Origin: Phoronis australis
Lineage: Eukaryota; Animalia; Phoronida
Direction of reading: 5' to 3'
DNA: 64,000 bases
Assembly: GCA_002633005.1 (NCBI GenBank)
Contig: NMRA01000332.1
Coordinates: forward strand, 197,121 to 261,120
Within the stretch, counting starts at the first letter, position 1. Each line of letters opens with the position of its first letter. Below the pieces are notes generated by a model. That model had not been told where the DNA came from. It searched no databases and saw nothing but the letters and a program-made list of their open reading frames with translations. Position numbers and translations under genes: made by a program. Shown one piece after another: positions 11,941 through 24,700 of the stretch.

Positions 11941-13036
11941 TTATTTCGTCGTTTGTTGGTGTTCATGGCCGTAAAACCTGGACAAATCCATATGAAAAAA
12001 CCACGAAAAATGTTAATTTTATAAAATTTGAAGTAAAAGAAAAAATATATTTTTCGAATTTCCTCGGTTAAACGACGCTGCTCTGCAAATACAGCATCAC
12101 TTTTAAGAACATGCTTTTATGTTAAAGCCAAGAGAAGGCACTTCAAATTTTACAAAAGCATAACACCTGCTGAGTGGAGTGTAGTGGCAATGCTTTTTGT
12201 ATGAAGGTTTTGAATTTTGATTTAACTGTGAACCACTTTTATTTTTCACGTTTGTATTTTGCATATGCATACCTGTTATTGCACGACACGTCCTATTAAC
12301 ATACATGTAGTCTTTGTGCTAATCACATATGGTCGTGGGTACATTTATTTAGCAACTTGTCCATTGACACTGAGTTTTCGTCACTTTTCCTACTACTTGA
12401 TGTATCTTCTAGTTGAGGACACTCTATTTTGTGAACTCTCACCCATTTATGGTCAGTGTACATTGTATAAGAAACACCTTTGTCGTTCCAGTTGGTTGTA
12501 CTCGTACGTGTTAACGCCTCTAGCCATGGGCTCTTAAAAGAAAACGTCAGGCGTGGGCGTTTACTTGAACAGTCGATTCTTTTGAGCGAATGTCTCCTCC
12601 ATTTTGCATACGAGTACCACAACGGACAGTTCCGTGAAACGCAGTTAGGACACGCCTACCATAGTTACCGTTGCCCAGTCCCCTGAAGTACATATACATT
12701 ATAGCTGAATTCCTTGACCTTTGAGGAGACTAGAACTGTTGCACACGTTGGTATATCCACCATGTGTTCATGATGAAGCCAAGATTTGCATTCATTCATG
12801 GATGACGTCCGGGTCCGTTGGCAGTTGCCAAGCTTAATTCTTGAGTACGAGTCTGAGCAATTTAAAGAGACGCCGTAGTTAGTTGTTTGGCGTTGTGCTT
12901 TTAAGCTCGGTGACAAGATTAGATGCTCCAGTAAGATATTTGACAGCACAAGTACTTGGAGAAAAAATACATCCAGGCAATTTCACGGTAAAGTTTGCTA
13001 AATGGTGTAAACTTGTCGATAAGGTCCTACACAACC
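11941..13036 (+). repeat. Copy 2 of the ~1.09 kb duplication
   Basis: Matches 5709-6792 and begins immediately after the single N at 11940. Confidence 0.9.
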
Positions 13037-13852
13037 TTAAAATAGATGTGTTACTGAGCCGCTCATTGAGGCTGACATATTATTTACTAAGGTATCGATG
13101 CGCAGGGTACAAAAGGATGTGCACTCGGGCCAAATCCACAGGGTTATTCTGGAGCTTTATAGAAGCTTACTTATTCCTTAATTGAAATGTAAATCTTTAT
13201 CCATCCAGGAATGTTCACAATCAAAGAAATTGAATTTGTCTGTTCAACTGGACTACATGTATCAATAATGGTACACACCCCAAGGATTTTTCGTTTGCAC
13301 CGTAGTCCAGTTGAAGTTCAGATTAAACTTCCTTGGTTAATTTCGTATTTACCAAGACAGTTTGAAAGGCAACCCAACCGTGAAGTTGAAAAGGAATCGG
13401 GTACTTGAGATCAAATTTAATGTGCAGCGTAGCGCAACATTTGTTCGATTGCTTACACGTAAGAACATTCCGTCAAGGTGACACTGTTAGTACATGTATA
13501 GTGACCAACAATGACAGACATTTTAATGTTTAATTCAATAAATGTTATTTTTGTGTACAACGAAGCCTTTTATTTGTTACAAACTTGTGCATGGTGGATA
13601 CTGGAAGTGATGAGAAAGTTCTGACCGCAGTCGGTCGTGGAAAACAGCTAGCGCAAATGCATTCTTTTTGTCCTTCCTCGTAAACTGGCTTTCCACTTTT
13701 CTAGACTCCATTTGAATATCTAGTCCGGCTAGACCTTGAATAATTGGTTTCGATAGGCACAGAGTCGTCTAAAAGACCGGCTGTTTTCGATGGGGAATTT
13801 TTCGTTCCGTGGCATCAGTTTTCAGGTCAAGTTGTTACAATAAAAAACCTTG

Positions 13853-13995
13853 CATGGGCGGCGCACCATAGGGGGCTGGGGGAGCTATAGCCCCCTACTT
13901 TTTCAGTGCTACGCCGCACATGGTCTATAGGCTGTGCACCACAGGGGGCTGAGGGGCTTTAGTCCCCCACTTTTTTCAGTGCTGCGCCGCCCATG
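13853..13995 (+). mobile_element. GC-rich mini-MITE, same family as 11097-11239
   Basis: catgggcggcgca...tgcgccgcccatg termini; built from two ~70-bp hairpin subunits (gggggct...agcccc). Confidence 0.65.
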
Positions 13996-14430
13996 TTACA
14001 CCGACAACGGAAGGCAATCTAGCTTGTGTACCCGGGCCCGCAACAACAAAAAATAGTGAAGGGCGCAGACAAGCTTTGCCGTTTCCATGTCGCAACTGTT
14101 TTGTCCAACAGGCCGTCCCAGTTCCCAAATTTTGTATCGTCACTTTAAGCAATCCGGCTGACACTAATTTCACACCATCCCGTCGTCATAGATACACACA
14201 TTTGGACTTTGGCGTTTGGAAGGAAAAGATGCAGAAATCGAAGCCCATTTCATCAAATAGTTATTTCAGTTTAGGAAAAACCGCCAGGTCAGGTATGAGA
14301 AAGGTCAACGTTTAGTCACAGACGGCCTACACGAGTCATCAAAACTAATTTTTAAATACCCACCTTCCCTCTCAAAAATAAAATTGTAATTTAGACAACC
14401 TATCGCAGTGAAATTAGTCTCTAATAGTTC

Positions 14431-14569
14431 GGCGGCACAGCACTAAAAAAATGGTAGGGCTATAGCCCCCCTGTGGTGCACAGTCTATAGACCCTGCGCG
14501 GTGCAGCACTGAAAAATGTGCGGGGCTACCATAGTTCCCCAGCCCCCTCTGGTATGTGCGCCGCCCATG
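14431..14569 (-). mobile_element. GC-rich mini-MITE, inverted copy relative to 13853-13995
   Basis: Reverse complement reads catgggcggcgcacataccagagggggctgggggaactatg...gtctatagactgtgcaccacagggggg..., collinear with the copy at 13853. Confidence 0.65.
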
Positions 14570-14841
14570 AGTTAAATTGGAGGTGATTTCATGGGTTTGA
14601 AAGAATTGACAGTTCGCGTTATCGCTCGTGATCGGGCTCTGCAAGTTGGATATTGTCCCAGTTTTCATTTTGCAAACCCACATCCTTTCACATCTCAGAA
14701 AGGCCAATTTTATGCTTAGTGGTCTAAATCCAAACTTCGCCTTTTTCGATGGAACGCATACCCCGTTCAATTTCGGACTTCGCACTCCTTGATAGCTGAG
14801 CACGCTAAAACAGATCACAACGCCCGAGTGAAACTAAATGA

Positions 14842-14847
14842 TTTATT
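14842..14847 (-). terminator. Candidate polyadenylation signal (AATAAA) for DNAI3
   Basis: tttatt on the plus strand about 0.9 kb downstream of the DNAI3 stop. Position only. Confidence 0.3.
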
Positions 14848-15529
14848 AGACACAGCAAAAAACTACTATTTACAAAATATATTTGCTATTTACATTATTC
14901 CTGACTTGGGAAGGATTTGTATTTTACTTAGAGACCTGCTGTATATCATACTTAATGGGTATCCAATAATGCAGGATATATAACAACATTACTATAAATG
15001 TAAAGGTACCCGTCACTTACATGCATTCAGTTATGGAGGAATTATATGAGCAACTAAAAAGCCACCCGCATCCACAACTGGAAATGCGGTGATATTTACT
15101 CAAAATTTGTAGTGCTATTGTTGCATCCTTTGTGAAGCTGTTTTAGTAATCCAATTAGGGTTTAAACCTGTCACTTTCATAGAACCACAAATACCTACAG
15201 TTTATCTAACATGTGTCCAAAGTGAGGACCTACAGCAAAAGGAATATGTAATGTACTTCAAATAGTAGACACCTCACTCCTAAAAATGACAACTCACTGT
15301 TCTCAGAATTCCTGACTCAAAGCGATAATTGTTACAGGCCTACAAGTACCTCACAATCACTGCTTCCATGGACATTGGTATGGGTGGCAAACACTGCAGA
15401 GGTTAACTATCCATTCACAAATCATTATGGCTGAAAGAGGTCTTGAGAAAATCTTTGGCATTTTCTAGAGTGGAAAATCAGTGGCTGGAAAGTATCACCT
15501 TAATGTCCTACAAGTTCTGATACAAAGCT

Positions 15530-15757
15530 ACATATAAGAGGTGTATGGGAACACCATCAAGGGACTAAGAAGTGTAGAGGGAGTGTGCCACCAGCAGTTT
15601 CAGAGGTATATGGATAAGTATACCACTATGGGCTTTAGAGGTACGCACGACCGCAATGGGCTTTAGAAGTGCATAGGGAATATAAAAGCATGGGCTTTAG
15701 AGGTACATAGGGAGTATACCACTACAGGCTTTAGAGGTATACGTGGGAGTGCATGAC
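15530..15757. repeat. Degenerate ~30-39 bp minisatellite in the DNAI3 3' UTR
   Basis: Recurrent gggctttagaggta(c/t)a..ggga.tat..cac units. Confidence 0.6.
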
Positions 15758-15765
15758 TAATGAGT

Positions 15766-18700
15766 TTAAACTTCTGGCAAGGGCTCTTCTTCCTCCTTCA
15801 CGAGTCCTAGCTCACGCAGGAATGACAACTCTTCTTCTAAGTAGGCATTGTACTCTTGCTTCATCTTGTATTCAAGTTCCTCCTCGGTAAGTTGAACGTT
15901 AGGAGCGATCTGAAAGGAAGCAAAGGCAAAGCTTTGTACAAAGCTATGGAATGAGGAACAAGTTTCAACCCCAAGCTCTCAGCGCTTAAGTCTTATTATG
16001 GTGCGATTCAAAGTCACATATCAAATGCTGATGACTGACTGACAGTTAAAAGCCAGGATACTAAACCTGGTTCTGGCCTATAAATTGTGTTAGTAAAATC
16101 GACTTTCCCATCCAGTTCTCTGAAACAAAATAATGCTCTGTAACCATCAACAACCCTCGAAAGTTTGGACAAAAACTTGAAAACTCCTTTCAAAGTCTCA
16201 TAAATGGGAAAGCGTGACCTACGCATTTAGTGAGTTACACAGCAACTGAAGGAAAACAATGACCACACTGTACAATACATAGGGAGTATGAGTTTTTAGT
16301 TGATTCCTTTCTTTAACTTGGAATATTGACGTCAATGATGCATTACCACGTGACAGAACCAGGTTTGGTTGAAATCATCAAAACAGGCTTTGGTAGGACA
16401 TTGTGGACAAGTCTGAACATTTAGCCAAGTTTCTACAAAACTCTAGAAATTAACTCAGCACAAAGTACAAATTTTTCGAAAGTAAAAATTCAGGAGAATT
16501 TGATTTTTGACTTTATATCAATATGCCACTGATTAGGTCATACATTCATAGGAAACCAACACCATAAATAAGACTGACCAATTTTATATGAGTAAATGCT
16601 CAAGATAACATCTCAAAAACGCTGTTACCATTTTCTAAATTATCATTTTGTTTCCGTTGTAGTATGTATTTCTCATAAAATTATAGTTATTGATAACTCT
16701 ATTCTTTGATAGTGCTCAAGTGCCTGAATTAACACTCGAAAAAAATCATCAAAATTAATCTAGAGAATGGTGTATAAAGCATAGTATCTGAGAGCTTCCC
16801 ACAATCGGCCTCGCGACAATCACAGAGAGAGCAGAACATCTTCTACAACAGTTACTGTCCCATACATTAAAATCTCTGCACGAACTATGCAAAAATTTTT
16901 AATGCGAAGGTGGTTAGAACAGCAAACATGCCTGTTGACAAGCTCAGGAGTAGTTTAGTATACCGTAAGGACAAATTTTAGCTTGGTGATGTCAGTGTAG
17001 CGGTAAGTCCCATTTTGACGATGGTGAAGATTCGTATATTGATGAAATTCAACAGCCGCTCAGATAGCGCATGGCTGAACACCAGCAGACAAATGCCAGT
17101 GGTTTGAAATCCACAGAGTTAAACCATCTTAGTGCATGGACACTCTTTTGTTTTGAGACCGAAGACGTGAGGAAACTGGATAGATAGCAGCTCTTGGTTT
17201 GAACGAGGTGTCAGAAAGGTGTCTAGGTTAAAGCCAGGAACCAGATATAAACTATTAGACTCATGGTCTAGGGTCATACAGTTTTGTCCACGAAGACCGG
17301 CAGAACACAGCGAGATTTTTTAGGGAACCAGACAGTCACCAATCCCCAGTAGAAAGAGCCAGATGGCTCCGCAATGACGGGAGGTTTGTTTTATAGTAAG
17401 TTCAGTGGTCATGTGTTATATTTTTTGCATCCTATCTGAAAGTTTCATATGAATTTGATCAGCCATTTTTCTAGTGTCCTACATAAGCTTAAACGTGCTT
17501 GTAATTGCCTTTTTAGCTTGCCAAAACTGAAAATCAAACTAAGGCGTTTGGTCTCATGAAAGAAGTCTTACATTATTCCATACTGTGATAGGATTCTATT
17601 TCAATTAAAACCAAACAGCATGTGGAAACAACAGCCACCTGACATCCTTCAGACTACTGCCCTTACTCCCCTAAAACTGCAAATTCGAAAACGGCATATT
17701 ATGCACCGCTGGAGAGTTAAGTAGATAACGGAAATAAAATTCTGCCACAGTAAGGGAATATTATGAGGCAAAATTCCTAAGAGTAAACACCAAATTTGGA
17801 TTTTTATTTTAGCCAATATAGTACGAGAATACAATACATCTTTGACTCTTTTGATATTTATCATATAGCTTTGACATTTTTTAATATTAATTTCTATCAC
17901 AAACCAGAAAGCATGGTTTGACACTCCTAGGCCCCTCAATTTCCTCTAAAATGTGTTTTGAACAAAAGGCAGAGCAGGGGGCAGAATCCGCTCAGGCAGA
18001 TATTGACTTAATGTGAGGGCACCAGATGTTGACTGCTAAATGCAAGACTGGCCTATCACTGTTCAAGATGGAACACTCGATCACTCAGGTACCAACCAAG
18101 AACACCCCAAGACATGTCCGCATACAGAGGGGATTAGTACTGATTTTACAAAAGGTTATAATTAACAATTACACCGTAACATGGGGATAAATTGAACTTA
18201 CTCAGAATTAATTCTATGGGCAATATGGATCAAACTAAATGTTTCATTAAAAGACTGACATTAAGTGAATTAGGGTCTCAACACACATAAGAGAAAGGAT
18301 GAAAGATGTGATATGTAATGGCATTTCACTATTTCTGAATGTTCCATTATGTTCAGATTAAATTTCCTGACAAGACAAGAAAGCCTTCTACCACACCGGA
18401 ATAATAAATCAAATCGGTCAACGTCATTGCACAGTTTCATTCTTTGATCACGTTGAGTTGATTGCAGAATAGTTATTCTTTTGAAATAATTAAAGTCAGA
18501 ACAGTTCCCAGAAACAATTAGCTAAACGGAAATTAACGTAATTAGTGCTCAACAGATTCTCCAGCAAACAAAGCCTGGCTGCTTAGCATCACACAGAATG
18601 AGTGATTGTACCTTGGAGACAGAAGTCAGTAAAGTGCGAATACATCAGACTGTTATTGACCTCACAGACTGAGGATTCGATGTACCACATCACAGGGATT

Positions 18701-21700
18701 TTCAATTCAATTCGATACATGACATCTATCAAATATTCCCTCACTATTTTTAAATAGCATATGCATAAACTCAAGGTAAAATATTTAACTTTTTACAGAA
18801 TGGGGTGTTAGCAAAAGCTCCCCCAATGAAATGCCTTGGTTCATGTTTTTTTTCATATTTTTATTTTGCTCTAGCATGATAATTATATGAAACATAAAAC
18901 AGTGCAGTATACATCATTTACAAAGAATAACATTAAATCACTAGTCAACAAGTACCGTATTTCCTTCAGGATGTAATTTAATATGTTAACATTTGGAAAT
19001 TGAGATTTTTTAAACAAACTTTTGGCTAATTTTTTGCTAGCATGATAAACAGATTAAAGTTACAATTTACCGACTGAATGTTTCCCAAAAAACCAAAAAA
19101 CACTATTATCTTGTCCACATGAAAGTTTACACGATATGTTTGTTTTAACCACTCAGCAAACAGGAGCCAGAAACCGGAGACAAGACGACATTCCCAAAAC
19201 AGATGGAGAAAAGTTTCACTGTGTACACCATAGAAATAGCATAAATCACTTGTTTTTATTTTAAGTTTATGTAAATAATTATTAGTTGGCAATACTCTGT
19301 GAATTAAGCGGTATTGAAACCAACCCAATTTTGTATCTTTTGTACAATTGAAGGGGAGTTTATTTTCTTTTCTCCACCACGTATCACTAAAATTTACATT
19401 ATTTATAACACTATTTATATCTATCTCAGATGACCACTTATTATATTTACAAGCTGAATGAAGTGACTGTACTAAAGGTGTCATAAATACTTACAGCTTG
19501 CGATTTATTATGCAAAATTCTATAAATATAACTTAGAAAATTTGGTAAAAGATAGTCTTGTCTATTCTTAAGACCCCTACACACTGCAAAGGTTGCACTT
19601 CTTAATCCATAGAATTCTAGTATTGGAGGTTGAAAGTTATATCTATTACAGAGTTCCTCGTATGACATAAAAGAACCTTCAGCATTAAAGAAATCACACA
19701 CTCCCCTTTCATACAAGATCTTGTTGAAAATAGATTTTCTACCGACTTTAATCTTTGAATTATACCACAGGGGAGAGTAAAAATAATATTTTCATTTTTG
19801 TCACAAATTTGAAACAGGAGCACAACATCGCTTAAACCTTCCTTCCAGAACAGATTGTCAATTCCCTTAGCTATTTTTTAAAGAAAGCATCTCCCATTTG
19901 AAACAAGAGCAACGCGGAGCGTTGAAATGTGCTCACAAATGCATTGCAAATGGTGTGCATTTAGGGTTATTTATTTGAATCATAAAAATGGCCACTAGAT
20001 GGTGCAAAAACATACAATCCATTCAAAGACAGGAACATGCCATATTTCATAAAAATCTGTCAAGGAACTTCAGAGAAACAAAGGAAAACAGAATAAAATG
20101 AAATTGCCACCAGTGGGCACAGTGTGAAAGTCGTCGTCTGTTGTTATCTTCATATAAATACACTTACTAAATTTAATAAAGATCCTGCAGTGGGTTTAGG
20201 AGATACAACTATGGGCGCGAAACAAAACTACCGCTAGGAGGCGCCACAGTAGTCAGTCACCATCATCAAAGGTCATCTTCACACTGAGAACATATACGCC
20301 AACTTTCAAATGATTTGGTTGATACACTGGGGTGGACACCAAAAACAGGATTTGAAAACAGCAACAAATGGCCACTAGGTGGTGCAAAATACCCCGATTC
20401 CATCCAAAAACAAAAAATAGCGTCATCACACCAATAGATGCTTATAGTTAAAATTTTATGAAAATCTGTTGAGGACCTTTGAAGATACTGAGTTAAAGAT
20501 AAAAATTTAAAATTGCCACTAGGGGGCACAGCAGTAATCAGATCTGTCCGAAAGTCGTCGTCATCCGTAGTCAACATCATATAAATACACTCGCTAAATT
20601 AAGTAAAGATGCTGCGAATGGTTTAGACGATATAGCCATAGGCGCAACAAAAACAAAACTGCCACTAGGAGGTGCCACAGTAGTTGAAATAGTAAGCACA
20701 TGCATGCCAATTTCCACAATCATCCTTTGAGCGGTTTGGTTGATAGAGAGGTGGACGCAAAAAAACAGACTTGAAAACAGTAAAAATGGCTACTAGGTGG
20801 CGCAAACTACGTTGAATCCATCCGAAAATGGGAGGATAGCGTCATCTCACTAATAGGTGCCTACATACCGGATTTCATGAAAATCCGTTCAGGACTTTTG
20901 AAGATACAATAAGGCAAGCGTAAAAAACTAAAATTGCCACTAGGTGGCACACCGGTAGTTGGATACATGCGAAAGTTCGCTCATGCCGTCCCATTCATCA
21001 ATGGAACACATGTGCCAAATTTCATGAACGTAAGTCAAAGGGTTTCGGAGATAGAGCAGCGGATGCCAGATGGACGCCGCCCGGACGGACGGACGGAGAT
21101 GACGGCATAATGCGTCCACATATAAATTTGTGGGCGCATAAAAAGTTATCAACTTTACAACCCAAAACTGCCTCTGCAAGGTCGCGTATGGTATTTGAGG
21201 TGAATAGCTTACAAAGCCACGATATTTTCAAAGACTTAATAAAAAACTAACAACGCTATCATTCCTCCCTTGGTTCATAGTTGAGTGCATTCCCATTTGT
21301 TCCAAAATATATCATTTTAACAGGGAAGATTGTTTACAAAATTCTTTTGACAAATTGCACATACATTGAAGTCACACAGTGGCATAATTTATCGGGCTGT
21401 GAAACGTGTCCAGTTGGTTCTTAATTCAATATATAATCACCAGTTTTACAATATCTCAGAGAAATAAGTAACACTTCTCTGTCATATATCAGACAACACA
21501 CATTAAGATTCAGTGTGTCCCAGATTCATTGAAAGTTTATCATAAAATGCACACAATGTTGCACTAACATACTCCAGAGATGTTGTGTTGGTCACATAAT
21601 GACACAATCATGCACCCTGCCTTTAGAATCATACACATACATTTTCGCTCACCATCACAAATCGATGCCTTCATGGACACAACCACCCTGTCCATAGAAC

Positions 21701-24700
21701 GACACATTCAAGTATATTTAATTTTTTTATTCACCACTATTTGCCCCATCCTTCACTGACACAAGCACCCTGTCCACAGCATGGGACACAACTATTCATT
21801 CAGCACCACCTACCCCAGCCTTCATTTTGGCTTCAGCTTCTATTTGCCGTTTTTCATTCTCCCTGTAGTCCCAACGGGCCATGACAAACGCACGTCGTTT
21901 CACTTCGCGTTCAAAGTAATTGGTGATACCGTTTAGCTGTCAACAGAAACATTGAAAAGCGTGTACAATTAAAAATAAATAAATTTAGTTTAAATGATGA
22001 ATTACACCCTTCAAGTACACTTCACTTCACAGTGGATATTTCTATTTAATGCAGGGCTTGACACTATCAGTACCCAACAGCCTGTCAGCAGGTAATTTTT
22101 TATATCGGGCAAGTGAAATTTCAAAGTAGCACCCCCGATGGGATACTTAAGTAGTTGATTTCAACAGTGAATTTGTATGTCCACATATCCACATCTAATG
22201 GATTATAAAAGAACTTACAAATGTCTAAGTAGATTGTAGACGTGAAGGCTTTACAAATCAATAATTCCAGAAAGCAAGTTTTTCCTTTGGGCAACTGAAA
22301 TTTTTGGTTTACTGAATGTCCGACAGGAAATTTAATGAAAACATTAGTGTCAACCCCTGTAATCACAAAATTATTAAAATATGTTGTCAAATTCTGTGTT
22401 TGTCATTTAAAAGGCTGTTAGCACGCTGTATAAAATCTCATCAAAATTCCAATGTTGGTAACACAAAAGCTTGTTACAAACTACCTGCTAGTTTCAAGGA
22501 GCTTTGCAATCTACCAAAATATTGAGTGAACACACTTCACCAGTTTATCAAAACAATGGTGGCGAGAAGTCATTCGGTGGACATTGTAAACAGTGCACAA
22601 TAGCCAAATCACCTTAATGTGTTTCTGAGTAGACTAAATATCAAGTAAGACCTAGTAATGAAGATCTGTAGAGCCAGTCCAAGATAAAATGCCAGAATTC
22701 AAATATTCATATAATTTCAAATAAATTGTCATCCAAGATGAAATGCTGAGCCTGAGCAGCAACTGTTGATATGACAATTATCAGAGTTTTGATTTCACCA
22801 TGACAGTTGTTTGCGTTGCTATAGAAACTGTTGACATATGATGTGGACAAGTTAGATTTTATTTGTCTATATAAACAGAATAGCAGAAATGGATTGAATG
22901 ACAGAATAACAGAGACGTCAAACTGTGGATGTGTTACAATGATAAAAAAACATCACTTGAACTCTACAGCATTAATGACCAACAGTCGTTATTAAGAATT
23001 TCTGATGACTACTAAGTCTACTACACTTTACGTCAAAGTTAGGCTGCAATGAAACTCATTAAGCTCATCAGAGGTGTCCACCCACCTCATTAGGGACCGG
23101 ATGACGAAGACTCCATGGTATTTCTAGAACATGTAGTGTTCCCGACGTGTCGCCAATAGCCAGTAGGTGCTGTTTATCTGAAATAAAAACACGTCACGTC
23201 TCACCAATAATGAATGGTACCTTGATCACAGCATCACAACATTTGTTTGCTCAAAAGTGATAATGGCTGGTTTCCTGAAGATTACACATCTCATTAGCAC
23301 CAACAAATGAAGTTTGGTAGAAATTAGTCACACACATTGCTAAAAATAAACTTGGTGAAGACAGTCTAAACATATTGGGCATTGGATTAAAAATATCAAG
23401 CATAACTTGATACCTAAGTACTCATTTAAATCTAGTGTAAACCAAGAAGTTCGGGAGTTAAAGCGAGGTCAACAGGTTCTCAACCTTTGTTTGAATTGAA
23501 ATTTGTTCCAATAACTAGCCTGAAATTCCTGATGTCCATGACAGTCGCTGCGACAAGCAAATTTAATGTGGGCCTGGCTTAAATCTGTAACCACGGTTTG
23601 CTGTTGTCAAGCCTCAAAACTAATCTGAATATTAATTAGGATCATGATAAGAGCAAATTTACACCACTAAGTAGCTTAAATGTAGCTTTTTAAGCAAAGA
23701 CAAGACTTTACTGCCCCTTAAAGTAAAGTGTAGTTAGCATAAACTCACTTGTCAGAGAATAAGGGAAAATACAGGTAATGGGATTGGCCGAGACATTCTG
23801 TGTTTGCGAGGGCTCGTGTGTGCGATCAAGGAAGTCCCATATATGAATATTTCCATCCTCACAAGCAATGTAGAGAACTCCAGGCCGGGACGGAGACCAG
23901 AAACCACTGGTCAGTTTCTTGGACTGAGCATTGGTCACCAGGATTGGGCCACTCTGTGAGAGAGGGAATAGACTGTGATAACAAGCAGTTACTAATCATT
24001 TGAAAATAAACCATTGCAAGCAGACATTTATTGGACATGACATAAGGAAAGTTTACTTTAATCAATTACTGCTCTAAAAGAATCTGCTGTCAACAAGTGA
24101 TATTTAGAATAATATAAAAACATATTTTGTGATGTAGAAAACTTATTGAAGGGCTATAACCACACTCGTGGTTGTTGTGAACCTTTTTCCTAAAATATCA
24201 GATTCCATACTGCTTTCAACTTCATTCCTTCAGTTTACATAGTATCCAAAAACATATTAAGATAAGTAAAGCTTGGGAAAATTGTACAGAAATGGTCAAT
24301 GATTCCAAGTTCTAGGCTCACCACAAAAAGATAAGCAGTAATACTGAGTTGTATTAACCAATGGCATCATCCAGAAGTAATAGACGAGGAACAAATTTAA
24401 TGCATAGTTAGACACTTCTCTGAATGAAGAATTATTACGCAGTATCAAAACTAGAGGAAAACGCCTACAGTGAGAAAATAGCACAAGTTTTCAGCAAGTA
24501 ATCAGCAACGATTAACTACCAATTTCCTCTAAAATGTTTGCCATATTCAAATCAACGAAGTTAAACCATCGTTTACTGCTTTTTGACAACTACTAGGTAA
24601 ATCAGTCCTCATTGAAACCAGTTTTCTCTATATCTCATAGCTAGTTGCATTCGAAATCTGTCACAGGGGCTGTGAGCGCTATTCAATTCACTTACATTCA

